A stretch of 64,000 bases of DNA from Rhodoluna limnophila. GTDB taxonomy: Bacteria; Actinomycetota; Actinomycetes; Actinomycetales; Microbacteriaceae. This document shows, one piece after another, positions 20,688 to 30,132 of this stretch. The notes beneath the pieces are model-generated. The model was not told the origin of the DNA. It did not search any database and was given only the letters and a program-made list of their open reading frames with translations. Location of the stretch: contig CAMCXL010000002.1 of NCBI GenBank assembly GCA_945883505.1, positions 42,254-106,253 of the forward strand, read 5' to 3'. A program made the position numbers and the translations under genes. Position 1 is the first letter of the stretch, and every line of letters begins with the position of its first letter.

Positions 20688-21269
20688 CTACTTGGTTCCA
20701 ACACCGGTGGCGCTGCCAGCCGATGCTTGAATGTGGTCAATGAATCCGTACTCGAGTGCTTCTTGAGCGGTGAACCAACGGTCGCGGTCACCATCGGCCA
20801 TGATCTGCTCGAGAGTCTTACCGGTCTGGTCTGCGGTGATCTGTGCAAGCTGACGCTTCATCGACATGATTAGCTCCGCCTGAGTCTGGATATCGGAGGC
20901 GGTTCCACCGAAGCCACCGAGCGGCTGGTGCAAAAGCACGCGAGTGTTTGGGGTGGCGTAGCGCTTACCCTTGGTTCCGGAAGAAAGCAGGAACTGACCC
21001 ATCGAAGCTGCCATACCAATTCCAACGGTCACGATGTCGTTTGGAACGTACTGCATGGTGTCGTAAATTGCCATTCCGGCAGTGATTGAACCACCGGGTG
21101 AGTTGATGTACAAATAGATGTCCTTGGTGGAATCTTCTGCTGCAAGGAACAAGATCTTTGCGCAAATGTCATTTGCGTTGTCGTCTCTAACCTCGCTGCC
21201 GAGCCAAATGATGCGATCTTTTAGCAACCGGTCAACGGTCGAGAACTTCTCAATAGCTTTATCTGCCAT
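20688..21269 (-). CDS. clpP: ATP-dependent Clp protease proteolytic subunit (ClpP1 position)
   Basis: [29 protein letters not shown] and LHQP motifs. I prefer the ATG at 21269 ([10 protein letters not shown]...). The track ORF extends to a TTG at 21314. Confidence 0.9.
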   Translation of the reverse strand: MADKAIEKFSTVDRLLKDRIIWLGSEVRDDNANDICAKILFLAAEDSTKDIYLYINSPGGSITAGMAIYDTMQYVPNDIVTVGIGMAASMGQFLLSSGTKGKRYATPNTRVLLHQPLGGFGGTASDIQTQAELIMSMKRQLAQITADQTGKTLEQIMADGDRDRWFTAQEALEYGFIDHIQASAGSATGVGTK

Positions 21270-21374
21270 TTGTAGCCTTGCTCCTAGTTTTGATGGGGCC
21301 TTACCTAAAAACAAAGATACTTGCCAAAAAGCCAGGATTTAGCCTTGTTCGCCTAGGGCAATAAAGTACGTGTC

Positions 21375-22700
21375 TTAGTCGTGGTCGTGGGCGGCGTGCT
21401 CATCAGCGCCAGAAGCTATCTGGCTGGTTCCCTTGAGGAAATCGGTCAGATCAACTGCTGCCCCAGCTTTATCGGTCACGGTTGCCTCGGCAAGCACAAC
21501 GTGCAGTGCCTTACGCCTTGACACCTCTCCAACAAAAGCCGGAACCTGGCCGTTTTTGCTGATGGTCTCAATAAACTCATTGGGCTCCATGCCGTAGTTC
21601 TGGCTACTCATAACCAGGTACTGCATAAGCTCTTGCTCGTTCACTTTTACCGCTTCGGCTTCGGCGATTGCGTCCAGCAGCATCTGAACCTTGAACGACT
21701 TCTCGGACTCTTCAGTGACCTCGGCTCGGTGCTTATCGTCGGCTAATCTGCCCTCGCCCTCTAGGTGACGATTGACATCAGATTCGATGAGTTCTTTGGA
21801 AACTGGAACATCAACAAGCTTTAGTAGCTGGTCAGTCAAAGCAGAACGTGCTTGAGCTCCCTGAGAGTACGTCTTAGCTTTTGCAATCTGAGTCTCGATG
21901 TCATCTTTTAGTTCTTTTAGGGTGTCGAACTGACTTGCCATTTGAGCAAAGGCGTCATCTGCCACCGGAAGCTCGCGCTCCTTGACCGCAATCACCTTGA
22001 CTGTTACCTCGGCCTCAACTCCAGCCATGTCACCGCCGACTAGCTTGGAGCGAAAAACTGTGGTCTCGCCGGCAGTCAAAGTGTCAATGGCCTCATCGAT
22101 GCCATCGAGCAGGTTTCCAGAACCAACTTCGTAGGAGATGTTCTCAGCGGAGTCAATTTCCTTACCCTCGATGGTGGCGGTCAAATCGATGGCTACGAAG
22201 TCGCCCTTCTTGGCTGCTCGCTCGACTGTTTTGAGAGTTCCAAAGCGAGCGCGGAGGGCATCTAGCTCTTCCTCAACTTCTTTTCCTGCAACCTTGATGG
22301 TGTCAACTTCAACCTTTAGCCCCTTATAAGTAGGTAGCTTGATCTCCGGTCTGACCTCAACCTCGATTTCAACAACCAGGTTTCCTAAGAAGGTCTTCTC
22401 GTCTGGACTTTGCTTCACGTCGGCCTGTGGCTGACCGAGGGGTCGAAGCTTGGCTTCCTCAAGGGCTTTTTTGTAGATGCCGTCCAGACCATCGTTGATG
22501 GCGTGAGCCAAGATAGCCGGGCGGCCAACTCGCTGATCCAAGATCGCAGCTGGGATTTTGCCTTTTCTAAAGCCCGGAACATTTACCTGCTCTGCGATGT
22601 GCTCGTAGGCGTGATCTAGTGAAGGCTTGAACTCCTCGGGGGTCACCTCGATGTTGAGCTTGACGCGAGTTGGATTAATGCGGTCGACTTTGGTCTTCAA
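21375..22700 (-). CDS. tig: trigger factor
   Basis: 441 aa. N-terminal ribosome-binding region with GFRKGKIP and a central FKBP-type PPIase. Sits upstream of clpP1-clpP2-clpX. Confidence 0.95.
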   Translation of the reverse strand: MKTKVDRINPTRVKLNIEVTPEEFKPSLDHAYEHIAEQVNVPGFRKGKIPAAILDQRVGRPAILAHAINDGLDGIYKKALEEAKLRPLGQPQADVKQSPDEKTFLGNLVVEIEVEVRPEIKLPTYKGLKVEVDTIKVAGKEVEEELDALRARFGTLKTVERAAKKGDFVAIDLTATIEGKEIDSAENISYEVGSGNLLDGIDEAIDTLTAGETTVFRSKLVGGDMAGVEAEVTVKVIAVKERELPVADDAFAQMASQFDTLKELKDDIETQIAKAKTYSQGAQARSALTDQLLKLVDVPVSKELIESDVNRHLEGEGRLADDKHRAEVTEESEKSFKVQMLLDAIAEAEAVKVNEQELMQYLVMSSQNYGMEPNEFIETISKNGQVPAFVGEVSRRKALHVVLAEATVTDKAGAAVDLTDFLKGTSQIASGADEHAAHDHD

Positions 22701-22756
22701 GCTAATCTCCTGGGGGTGAGACCCTAGTAAAAAAGGGGCAGGTGTTTATTTTTATT

Positions 22757-22832
22757 TGGTCGGGGTGACAGGACTCGAACCTGCGATATCCTGCTCCCAA
22801 AGCAGGCGCGCTAGCCACTACGCTACACCCCG
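22757..22832 (-). tRNA. tRNA-Pro (anticodon TGG)
   Basis: The reverse complement reads CGGGGTG...CCTGC TTTGGGA GCAGG...GCAGG TTCGAGT CCTGT CACCCCG A CCA. It forms a cloverleaf with G37 and an encoded CCA. Confidence 0.9.
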
Positions 22833-22908
22833 GTGGATTGAAGACTTTTGACCTTCAACAACCTCGGTTAGTCTATCCCATACAATAGATGGGTTGCGAA
22901 CACGATTC

Positions 22909-22982
22909 GCGGGTGTAGCTCAATGGTAGAGCCTCAGTTTTCCAAACTGATGGCGCGGGTTCGATTCCCGTCACCCGCTCCA
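22909..22982 (+). tRNA. tRNA-Gly (anticodon TCC)
   Basis: GCGGGTG TA GCTC AATGGTA GAGC C TCAGT TTTCCAA ACTGA...GCGGG TTCGATT CCCGT CACCCGC T CCA. Full cloverleaf with an encoded CCA. Confidence 0.9.
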
Positions 22983-23001
22983 ATGACTTCCTTGAATACC
23001 T

Positions 23002-23802
23002 TTACTTCTGACACTTCGAGCAGTAGTAAAGCTTCCTAGCTAGAAACTCCTCCAGCACTACCTTCTTATTACACACCCGGCAAGGCAATCCTTCGCGCTT
23101 ATAGACGAAGTAGCGATCTGCCAGCAGCACTCGCCCAGTCAGATAATCATCACGGGTCAGCATGATCCCTTTTTTGACACCAATGCGCATCAGCTTCACG
23201 CAGTCATCCCAAATTGCCAGCAGTTGATCTTCGCTTATCTTTTCACCCGGGGTTTTTGGGTTCAGGCCAGCTCGAAACAAAAGCTCTGCTCGATAGACAT
23301 TGCCGATACCGCTTATAACCGCCTGATTCATCAAAGCAGCACCGATTGGTGCCCTTGAGCTTTTGACCTTGGCAACAAACTTCAAAGCCTCGGACCCGGT
23401 TGGGTCTGGATTCAGCGGGTCTGGACCCAAGCGCTTTCGAACTAGATTCACGCCTTCTTGGTCAATCACTTCACAAACCGTGGGACCCCGAAGGTCGCAA
23501 GAAAAATTGGTGACCCCAAAGCGGGCCCGAACTGCACCCCAAACCTCCGGGGCTTTAGAGACTGGCACGTTATAGAAGTTCCACTTGCCGTATATGCCTA
23601 GGTGAATTCGAAGAGTTAACTCGTTATCAAAGCCAAGAAACAACTGCTTACCAATAGCGGTTGACTGAACCAGCTTTCGACCCGAAACTAGCTTGGCGTC
23701 GGATTCGAACCTTCCCTGCGGCGAGAAGATTTTGACCTTGGAGTTTAGGTAATCGCTTTCAAAAGTGTTGGCAACGCGGTGTATCGAATGACCCTCGGGC
23801 AT
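23002..23802 (-). CDS. nei: Fpg/Nei-family DNA glycosylase (endonuclease VIII-like)
   Basis: 266 aa. N-terminal MPEGH, H2TH motif LMNQAVISGIGNVYRAELLFRAGLNP and a C-terminal zinc finger CRVCNKK...CSKCQ. Confidence 0.8.
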   Translation of the reverse strand: MPEGHSIHRVANTFESDYLNSKVKIFSPQGRFESDAKLVSGRKLVQSTAIGKQLFLGFDNELTLRIHLGIYGKWNFYNVPVSKAPEVWGAVRARFGVTNFSCDLRGPTVCEVIDQEGVNLVRKRLGPDPLNPDPTGSEALKFVAKVKSSRAPIGAALMNQAVISGIGNVYRAELLFRAGLNPKTPGEKISEDQLLAIWDDCVKLMRIGVKKGIMLTRDDYLTGRVLLADRYFVYKREGLPCRVCNKKVVLEEFLARKLYYCSKCQK

Positions 23803-23808
23803 TTTTTA

Positions 23809-24279
23809 TTACAAGATCTCGCCGGTTTGCTCGTAGGTAGCAATCTTTCCAATTCGGCGAGCGTGACGCTCGTCGCCACTAAAGGGCTCTGCAAGAAAAA
23901 GCTTTATCAGCTCCAAAACTTCTTCCTTGGAGTGCTGCCTGGCCCCAAGAGCCACGACGTTGGCATCGTTGTGTGAGCGTGCAAGCTTTACAGTGTCTTC
24001 GTTCCAAGCAAGTGCTGCTCTTACGCCCTTGACTTTGTTGGCAGCGATTTGCTCACCGTTTCCAGATCCCCCTAGAACAATCCCAAGCGCTTTGATGCCG
24101 GCTTGTTCGTCCCTCACAACAGCAAGCGCTGCATTGATGCAAAAACTCGGGTAATCATCCAGCGGATCATAAGTACTCGGCCCGTGGTCGGTTACCTCAT
24201 GTCCTAGAGCGGTTAGTGACTCGATCAGGTAGTGGCTGGTCTCAAGACCGGCGTGATCGGTTGCGATGTGAATTCTCAA
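23809..24279 (-). CDS. rpiB: ribose-5-phosphate isomerase B
   Basis: 156 aa. MRIHIATDHAGLE..., LGGSGNGEQIAANKVKGVRAA and NDANVVALGAR are RpiB/LacAB family motifs. Confidence 0.9.
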   Translation of the reverse strand: MRIHIATDHAGLETSHYLIESLTALGHEVTDHGPSTYDPLDDYPSFCINAALAVVRDEQAGIKALGIVLGGSGNGEQIAANKVKGVRAALAWNEDTVKLARSHNDANVVALGARQHSKEEVLELIKLFLAEPFSGDERHARRIGKIATYEQTGEIL

Positions 24280-25457
24280 TTTGCCTCCCTTTCAAAGCCG
24301 CTTCTAAGAAAGCGTAACACCACAGAGCCAATCACCGCGGTGACCAATACGTAGCTCAGCGTGATGGCCAGCAAGCTAACTGATAGAACCGCAGGAGCGG
24401 CCAAAGCTGCGATCACCATCGAGAACTCTCCGCGCGGAGTCAAAAAAGCTCCAGCCCTAATCCACATGGTCTTATCGTGCATGTCCTTAGTGATCCACCA
24501 GCCAACTGCAAACTTGCCAGCAACTCCCAGAACCACAAGTGCTGCTACAGCCGGCAGCACCGCTATTAGTTCAGCAAAGTCGGTGGATAATCCGAAGAAC
24601 AAAAAGAAGATGGCGGCAAACAGATCACGAAGCGATCCGAGTCGGCCTCGAACGGTGTTGGCAACTTCACCGGTTAGTAAAAGTCCAACTAAGAACGCAG
24701 CCACCGCTCCGGAAAAGCCTGCTAGATCCGCAACACCAGCAGCTAGCAACGCTGAGCCAAAAATTGTTAGCAGCAGCGCACTCGGAACCTCTGGATTAAG
24801 GATTCTGGACCACTGAACCTTGCCGCGGTAAGCAATAATCAAGATGACTCCGGTAATCATCAAGGCAATAGAAACCGATATCAATCCCGCGAACGCAGAA
24901 AGACCCAGCACCAGCGAGGAAAGTAGCGGTAGGTAAGGAGCAAGCGCCAAGTCTTCAAAAACCAAGATTGTCACGATTCGCTTGGATAGCTCTGAGCGTC
25001 TCCATCCGGTTTCCCTAATCAGTTCTGAGGTAATTCCAGAGGAAGAGACGTAGCTGATGCCGCCAACGGCTATCGCGGCCAGTGGTCCCCAGCCAAATAA
25101 CAGCGCAAGGGCCGCTCCTGGAATAAAGTTCACCGCAACATCAAAAAACCCAGCTGATTTTCTTTCCTTGAATGCTTTTGCGAGATCGGGTGCGGAGTGC
25201 TCAAGTCCCAGTAATAGAAGTAACAAGATGGCGCCGATTTGGGCGCCGAGATCTAGAAAATCTTCACTCAGGCCGATTAGACCAAGGCCACCTTGGCCAA
25301 CTACTAAACCGACAGCAAGATAAACCGGTACAACCGAAAAGCGAAGCCGAGCCGCGATGAAAGCCAGCACACCGAGGCCTAAAAGCAGCGCTCCGATTTC
25401 AGCCAGAGTCAAGGCCGTCTCCGCTGTGCCCCCAGTGGCCATGATTGGTTCGATCAT
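24276..25457 (-). CDS. cation:proton antiporter (CPA-type Na+/H+ or K+/H+ exchanger membrane domain)
   Basis: 393 aa, about 11-12 TM, with a Kef/Nha-like pattern (LLLGLGVLAFIAARLRFSVVPVYLAVGLVVG). No KTN/RCK domain. Overlaps the rpiB start by 4 nt. Confidence 0.7.
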   Translation of the reverse strand: MIEPIMATGGTAETALTLAEIGALLLGLGVLAFIAARLRFSVVPVYLAVGLVVGQGGLGLIGLSEDFLDLGAQIGAILLLLLLGLEHSAPDLAKAFKERKSAGFFDVAVNFIPGAALALLFGWGPLAAIAVGGISYVSSSGITSELIRETGWRRSELSKRIVTILVFEDLALAPYLPLLSSLVLGLSAFAGLISVSIALMITGVILIIAYRGKVQWSRILNPEVPSALLLTIFGSALLAAGVADLAGFSGAVAAFLVGLLLTGEVANTVRGRLGSLRDLFAAIFFLFFGLSTDFAELIAVLPAVAALVVLGVAGKFAVGWWITKDMHDKTMWIRAGAFLTPRGEFSMVIAALAAPAVLSVSLLAITLSYVLVTAVIGSVVLRFLRSGFEREAN

Positions 25458-25520
25458 GGGGCTATTGTTTCACACCCCTCGGCTCCAAGTTAGGCTTTGA
25501 TGCATACTGGCTAGAAAGGT

Positions 25521-28079
25521 TTGAGTAGCTTGCCTGGAGAAAATCTCACAAGACACGAAGCCACCGAGCGCGCGGGGTGTGTAAGTGTTCAAAGCTACGA
25601 AGTAGAGATTGACCTAACCGGAGGCCCAGAGTTTTTTAGCTCTACCACCAGGGTTAGATTCAGCGGTAAACAGGGCGAATCTACTTTCATCGACGCCATC
25701 ACCAATTCGGTTCACTCGGTAGTTCTAAACGGAGTTGTACTAGATCCGAAAGAAGTTTCAGACGGTGTCCGGATTCAACTTCCAAATCTTGATAACCAAA
25801 ACGAGCTTTTGGTGGTGGCTTCGGGTAAATACACCAACACTGGCGAAGGCCTACACCGGTTCGTTGATCCGGTCGATGGAGAGGTGTACCTCTATACCCA
25901 GTTTGAGGTTCCAGACTCAAGGCGCATGTTTGCCGTTTTTGAGCAGCCTGACCTCAAGGCGACTTTTAGCTTCAACATCACAGCTCCGTCCTACTGGAAA
26001 GTAGTCTCTAACTCCCCCACCCCTGAACCCCACGAGCTTCGCGAGGGGGTATCGGTTTGGAACTTTGAACCAACACCCAGGATCTCAAGCTACATAACAG
26101 CTCTGGTTGCCGGCCCCTACGTTCAAGTAAACGATCAGCTAACTTCGAGCTCGGGCAAGATCATCCCGCTCGGGGTATTTTGCAGGAAGTCTCTATTCGA
26201 GTATCTGGACGCCGAGTACATTATCGAAAAGACCAAGCAGGGCTTTGAGTTCTTTGAGGCCCAGTTTGGTGTGCCATACCCGTTCGAAAAGTACGACCAG
26301 CTATTTGTGCCGGAGTTTAACGCCGGTGCGATGGAAAATGCTGGAGCTGTAACCTTCACCGAAAGCTACGTCTTTCGATCCAAGGTCACTGACGCAACTC
26401 GCGAGCGTCGGGTTGTAACTATTCTTCACGAACTAGCCCACATGTGGTTTGGTGACCTTGTCACCATGCGCTGGTGGAACGACTTATGGCTGAACGAATC
26501 CTTTGCCGAGTACGCCTCTACCCTTGCAACCCAAGAGGCAACCGAATGGAAAGGTGCCTGGGCAACTTTCGCTTCGTTAGAAAAGTCCTGGGCCTACCGC
26601 CAGGACCAGCTTCCATCAACTCACCCAATCGTCGCCGAGATCAACGATCTCGAAGACGTCCAGGTCAACTTCGATGGCATAACTTACGCCAAGGGTGCTT
26701 CGGTGTTGAAGCAGCTAGTTGCCTGGGTGGGTCAAGAACCATTCATGCGCGGAGTTTCTTCTTACTTCAAAAAGCACGCTTACCAAAACACAGAGTTAGC
26801 CGATTTGCTTAAAGAACTCGAAGCTGAGAGCGGAAGAGACCTATCAGAATGGTCCAAGCTCTGGCTGGAAACCGCAGGTGTTAATCTTCTGGTTCCCGAG
26901 ATAGTCGAATCAGATGGAGTCATCAAATCGTTTTCGATTATGCAGTCTGCTATCGCTGAGTACCCATACCTTCGTCCCCACCGGCTTGCGGTTGGTTTCT
27001 ACGAAGAAGTAGGAGGGAAGCTGGTTCGCACCGAACGAGTTGAACTCGACGTTCAGGGGGCAAGGACTGAAGTCTTAGAACTGGTGGGCAAGAAAAGGCC
27101 AGCGCTGGTGCTTCTAAATGATGATGACCTCAGCTACGCGAAGATCCGGCTTGACGATGTTTCTTTTCAAACTGCCCTTTTGAAACTATCGAAGATTGAA
27201 GACCCGCTAGCTCGCGCTCTAGTTTGGGGTTCGGTCTGGGACGCAACCCGCGACGGTGAGGCCACAGCGAGTGATTTCATAAAACTAGTTCTGAATCACA
27301 TCGCCGATGAGTCAGAATCGACCACAATGCTGACTTTGTTGCGACAACTTCTAACCGTCACAAACCTCTTCACAGCAGAGCGCAACAGAGAGAGCGCCCA
27401 GCTCAAAGTTGCCGACGGCTTGTGGAAGCTGGCCCAAAACTCCCAGGCCGGCTCCGATGCCCAGTTGCAATTTGCAAAGTTCTTTGCGCAGTTTGCCAGA
27501 AGCGACAACCAGCTTGAGGTAGTGGCAGACCTACTGAGTGGCAAAGTGCAACTCGATGGGCTTGAAATAGATACTGACCTTCGCTGGGAACTGCTGACTT
27601 CGTTGTCGGTTGGAGGCAAAGTGGCATCAGCAAGAATCGACGTCGAGTTAGAAGCCGACAACACAGCCAATGGTCAAAAGGCGCACGCAGCGGCAATGGC
27701 CGCTCTGCCAGATTCCAAGGCCAAGCAAGAGATGTTCCAAAGACTTGTTGACACCGACGAGATGAGTAACGCTCTCGTGAATTCAGCAAGCCTTGCATTC
27801 GGCCGGGTGCTGGATACAGCTTTGCTGGAGCCTTTTGTGGATCAGTACTTCGCCAATGTAGTTTCCATCTGGGAATCAAAGAGCTACCACATGGCCGAAT
27901 ATCTGCTGGTCAATCTCTACCCGCTATCGCTAGTGAACAAAGCCCTTGCTGATCAGACTGAGCAGTTTTTAAAAAATCCCGAACTTGACTCAAGGCCCGC
28001 CCTAAAGCGGATCATCATCGAAAACCTAGCCGGTGTGCAAAGAGCGCTGAAGGCTCAGCAAAAAGACAGCAAGGAGTAA
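25521..28079 (+). CDS. pepN: aminopeptidase N (M1 family)
   Basis: 852 aa. GAMENAG exopeptidase motif and the zinc site HELAHMWFGDLVTMRWWNDLWLNESFAEY. TTG start. Confidence 0.95.
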   Translation: MSSLPGENLTRHEATERAGCVSVQSYEVEIDLTGGPEFFSSTTRVRFSGKQGESTFIDAITNSVHSVVLNGVVLDPKEVSDGVRIQLPNLDNQNELLVVASGKYTNTGEGLHRFVDPVDGEVYLYTQFEVPDSRRMFAVFEQPDLKATFSFNITAPSYWKVVSNSPTPEPHELREGVSVWNFEPTPRISSYITALVAGPYVQVNDQLTSSSGKIIPLGVFCRKSLFEYLDAEYIIEKTKQGFEFFEAQFGVPYPFEKYDQLFVPEFNAGAMENAGAVTFTESYVFRSKVTDATRERRVVTILHELAHMWFGDLVTMRWWNDLWLNESFAEYASTLATQEATEWKGAWATFASLEKSWAYRQDQLPSTHPIVAEINDLEDVQVNFDGITYAKGASVLKQLVAWVGQEPFMRGVSSYFKKHAYQNTELADLLKELEAESGRDLSEWSKLWLETAGVNLLVPEIVESDGVIKSFSIMQSAIAEYPYLRPHRLAVGFYEEVGGKLVRTERVELDVQGARTEVLELVGKKRPALVLLNDDDLSYAKIRLDDVSFQTALLKLSKIEDPLARALVWGSVWDATRDGEATASDFIKLVLNHIADESESTTMLTLLRQLLTVTNLFTAERNRESAQLKVADGLWKLAQNSQAGSDAQLQFAKFFAQFARSDNQLEVVADLLSGKVQLDGLEIDTDLRWELLTSLSVGGKVASARIDVELEADNTANGQKAHAAAMAALPDSKAKQEMFQRLVDTDEMSNALVNSASLAFGRVLDTALLEPFVDQYFANVVSIWESKSYHMAEYLLVNLYPLSLVNKALADQTEQFLKNPELDSRPALKRIIIENLAGVQRALKAQQKDSKE

Positions 28080-28082
28080 AAA

Positions 28083-28964
28083 ATGGAGTGGCTTGACGAA
28101 ATGGCTGGAGAGTGGGCGCTACTTATCCGAATCGGCCTAATTGTTCTGGGGCTCATTGTTGTGCGCTGGGTACTTTTAGTAATCGTCAGGCGGATCGTCA
28201 CAACCGTAACCACTGGAGTCAAAAGACGCGAAGGGGCAGCTGACACCAAAGCTCTTGATGCATCTCCTTTGGCGAGAGCAAGAATTGTGCAGCGAGCACG
28301 AACCATTGGATTGGTGCTTAGCAACCTAATAACGGCGAGCTTGACTATAAGTGCGACGATTGCCATTCTTGCCGAGCTTGGAATCGCGATTGGCGCTTTG
28401 GCTGCCGGAGCCGGAATCTTGGGTGCCGCTCTAGGTTTTGGTGCCCAGAGCTTGGTGAAAGACTTTCTGGCCGGATTATTCATCGTGGTCGAAGATCAGT
28501 TCGGAGTTGGCGACTTTGTTGATCTTGGCACGGCAACCGGAGTTGTTGAATCCATTCGCCTTCGTGTGACTCAAGTAAGAGATAGTGAAGGAACTGTTTG
28601 GTATGTACGAAACGGTGAGATCCTTCGAGTTGGTAATCAATCCCAGGGCTGGTCAAGAATTATTCTCGATCTTCCTCTGGCATACAATGCCGACCTAGAA
28701 AAAGCCAAGAAGGTTCTTGAAGCCGCGGCAGCCAAACTTACCGAGACCCCCACTTTGAAAACTGGGCTGATTGGTAAGGCCGAGGTCTGGGGCATCCAGG
28801 CTTTAGGCGGCGAGGAAATAGTATTTCGCATGGTGCAGCAGGTCAGGCCTTCTAAAAAAGATGCCATCACCAGAGCCCTGCGCATGGAAGTCAAGAAGGC
28901 TCTTGATAAGGCGGGTATTGAACTGTCAGTCCCGGATAGAAGATCAAAGGCCGCAAGGAAGTAA
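28083..28964 (+). CDS. mechanosensitive ion channel (MscS family)
   Basis: 293 aa. N-terminal TM helices followed by the MscS beta-domain signature LVKDFLAGLFIVVEDQFGVGDFVDLG...G.VESIRLRVTQVRDSEGTVWYVRNGEI. Confidence 0.82.
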   Translation: MEWLDEMAGEWALLIRIGLIVLGLIVVRWVLLVIVRRIVTTVTTGVKRREGAADTKALDASPLARARIVQRARTIGLVLSNLITASLTISATIAILAELGIAIGALAAGAGILGAALGFGAQSLVKDFLAGLFIVVEDQFGVGDFVDLGTATGVVESIRLRVTQVRDSEGTVWYVRNGEILRVGNQSQGWSRIILDLPLAYNADLEKAKKVLEAAAAKLTETPTLKTGLIGKAEVWGIQALGGEEIVFRMVQQVRPSKKDAITRALRMEVKKALDKAGIELSVPDRRSKAARK

Positions 28965-29414
28965 ATGTCTAGCGAGTTTGAAGATGCAGCAAGGGTTGAA
29001 ACCGTGCGCATCAAGGGTCTATCTGGTGAGCGGGTAGGAGGAAACTTCTTTGAGCTAATCGGAGGAACCGCTACCTTCAAGAAACTAACTGACAAGTTTT
29101 ACGAAGGTGTGGCCAAAGACGATGTGCTGCTTCCGATGTATCCAGAAGATGACCTAGCCGGAGCAGCAGAACGCCTGAGAATGTTTTTAGAGCAATACTG
29201 GGGTGGACCAACCACCTATCAGGAAACAAGGGGTCACCCCAGGCTTCGAATGCGCCATGCCGAGTTCAAGATAAATCCACTAGCTCGCCAGCGGTGGCTT
29301 CACCACATGAAGATAGCGGTTGACTCTCTCGAGCTTCCTGAGCTTCAGCAGGCCGAGCTTTGGGGATATCTAGATCGCGCGGCAACCGCGATGCTCAATA
29401 GCTTCGAAGACTAG
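28965..29414 (+). CDS. glbO: group II truncated hemoglobin (GlbO-type)
   Basis: 149 aa. FFELIGGTATFKKLTDKFYEGVAKDDVLLPMYPEDDLAGAAERLRMFLEQYWGGPTTY...HPRLRMRH is the trHbO pattern. Confidence 0.85.
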   Translation: MSSEFEDAARVETVRIKGLSGERVGGNFFELIGGTATFKKLTDKFYEGVAKDDVLLPMYPEDDLAGAAERLRMFLEQYWGGPTTYQETRGHPRLRMRHAEFKINPLARQRWLHHMKIAVDSLELPELQQAELWGYLDRAATAMLNSFED

Positions 29415-30076
29415 AAGTGCTTGGCTTCTTTAGAAAGCACGTGCCCAAACTCGGTTGAAAGCCTGACCCAGCCCTGAGAATGAAACACCGGAACGTTTTC
29501 GTCCTTCACTAAAAATCCCAAACCGGCAGCTGCAAAGGCAGCTCCGGCTGGCACCTTGGATTCAAGATCGATTGCTCTTCCCCAAACCTCGGCTCTGATC
29601 CTGGCGGCAATTGGTCCACCAACGGACTCTGGTATGGCTTCAGCAACTTCTGTGATGCCGCGCTTAGCAACATTGGTGAGCATGTGCTCGGCCAAAAATC
29701 CCGCTTCCACCCAACCGGTTCTAGGCGGTGAAACTCCAGCCCAGGGAACTCGTTCACTAGAGGCCATGTCAAAAACAAAACGCTCGGCTGTTGCTGGTTT
29801 CTCAAGCTCGAATGCAATTCGATCAAGAACTGCCTGAATCGGAACCAAAATGTTTATCTCGGTTTCTTCCTTCAGCTCCATCGTTCTAAGCCCCAACACC
29901 GTTGGTCCATCGTCAAGGATGCTTCCGGTGAAAAGTGGTGCCACGTAAGCGGTTAGCAGTGTCCCGAAGGCACGAAGCCGAACAACACCCTTCGGGTCCA
30001 TCTTCTTGGCCCTTGATAGGTAGGCCTTCAGGTCCTTAGCGGTTTGCTCATCAAGAAGCTGGAAAGTGTTTTTCAT
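29411..30076 (-). CDS. conserved hypothetical protein (soluble, 221 aa)
   Basis: Long clean ORF convergent with glbO (4-nt overlap). I recognise no motif. A protein of unknown function and similar size sits beside glbO in mycobacteria, as far as I recall. Confidence 0.6.
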   Translation of the reverse strand: MKNTFQLLDEQTAKDLKAYLSRAKKMDPKGVVRLRAFGTLLTAYVAPLFTGSILDDGPTVLGLRTMELKEETEINILVPIQAVLDRIAFELEKPATAERFVFDMASSERVPWAGVSPPRTGWVEAGFLAEHMLTNVAKRGITEVAEAIPESVGGPIAARIRAEVWGRAIDLESKVPAGAAFAAAGLGFLVKDENVPVFHSQGWVRLSTEFGHVLSKEAKHF

Positions 30077-30132
30077 TAGAGAACTAAACTAACCTGTGAA
30101 AGCTACTGACCCAAGTTAGGACACCGATTCAC

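Noticed and set aside
28055-29095. Two long minus-strand ORFs (142 and 152 aa) antisense to the MscS and glbO genes. There are similar 100-160-aa antisense ORFs elsewhere, for example 3225-3683, 16403-16855, 24361-24816, 27403-27879, 44260-44724, 46482-46928, 61037-61408 and 62655-63128.
   Set aside because: All of them lie fully inside strongly supported genes on the other strand. They have Arg/Ser/Pro/Ala-biased compositions typical of antisense frames in moderate-to-high GC DNA, and they lack motifs.
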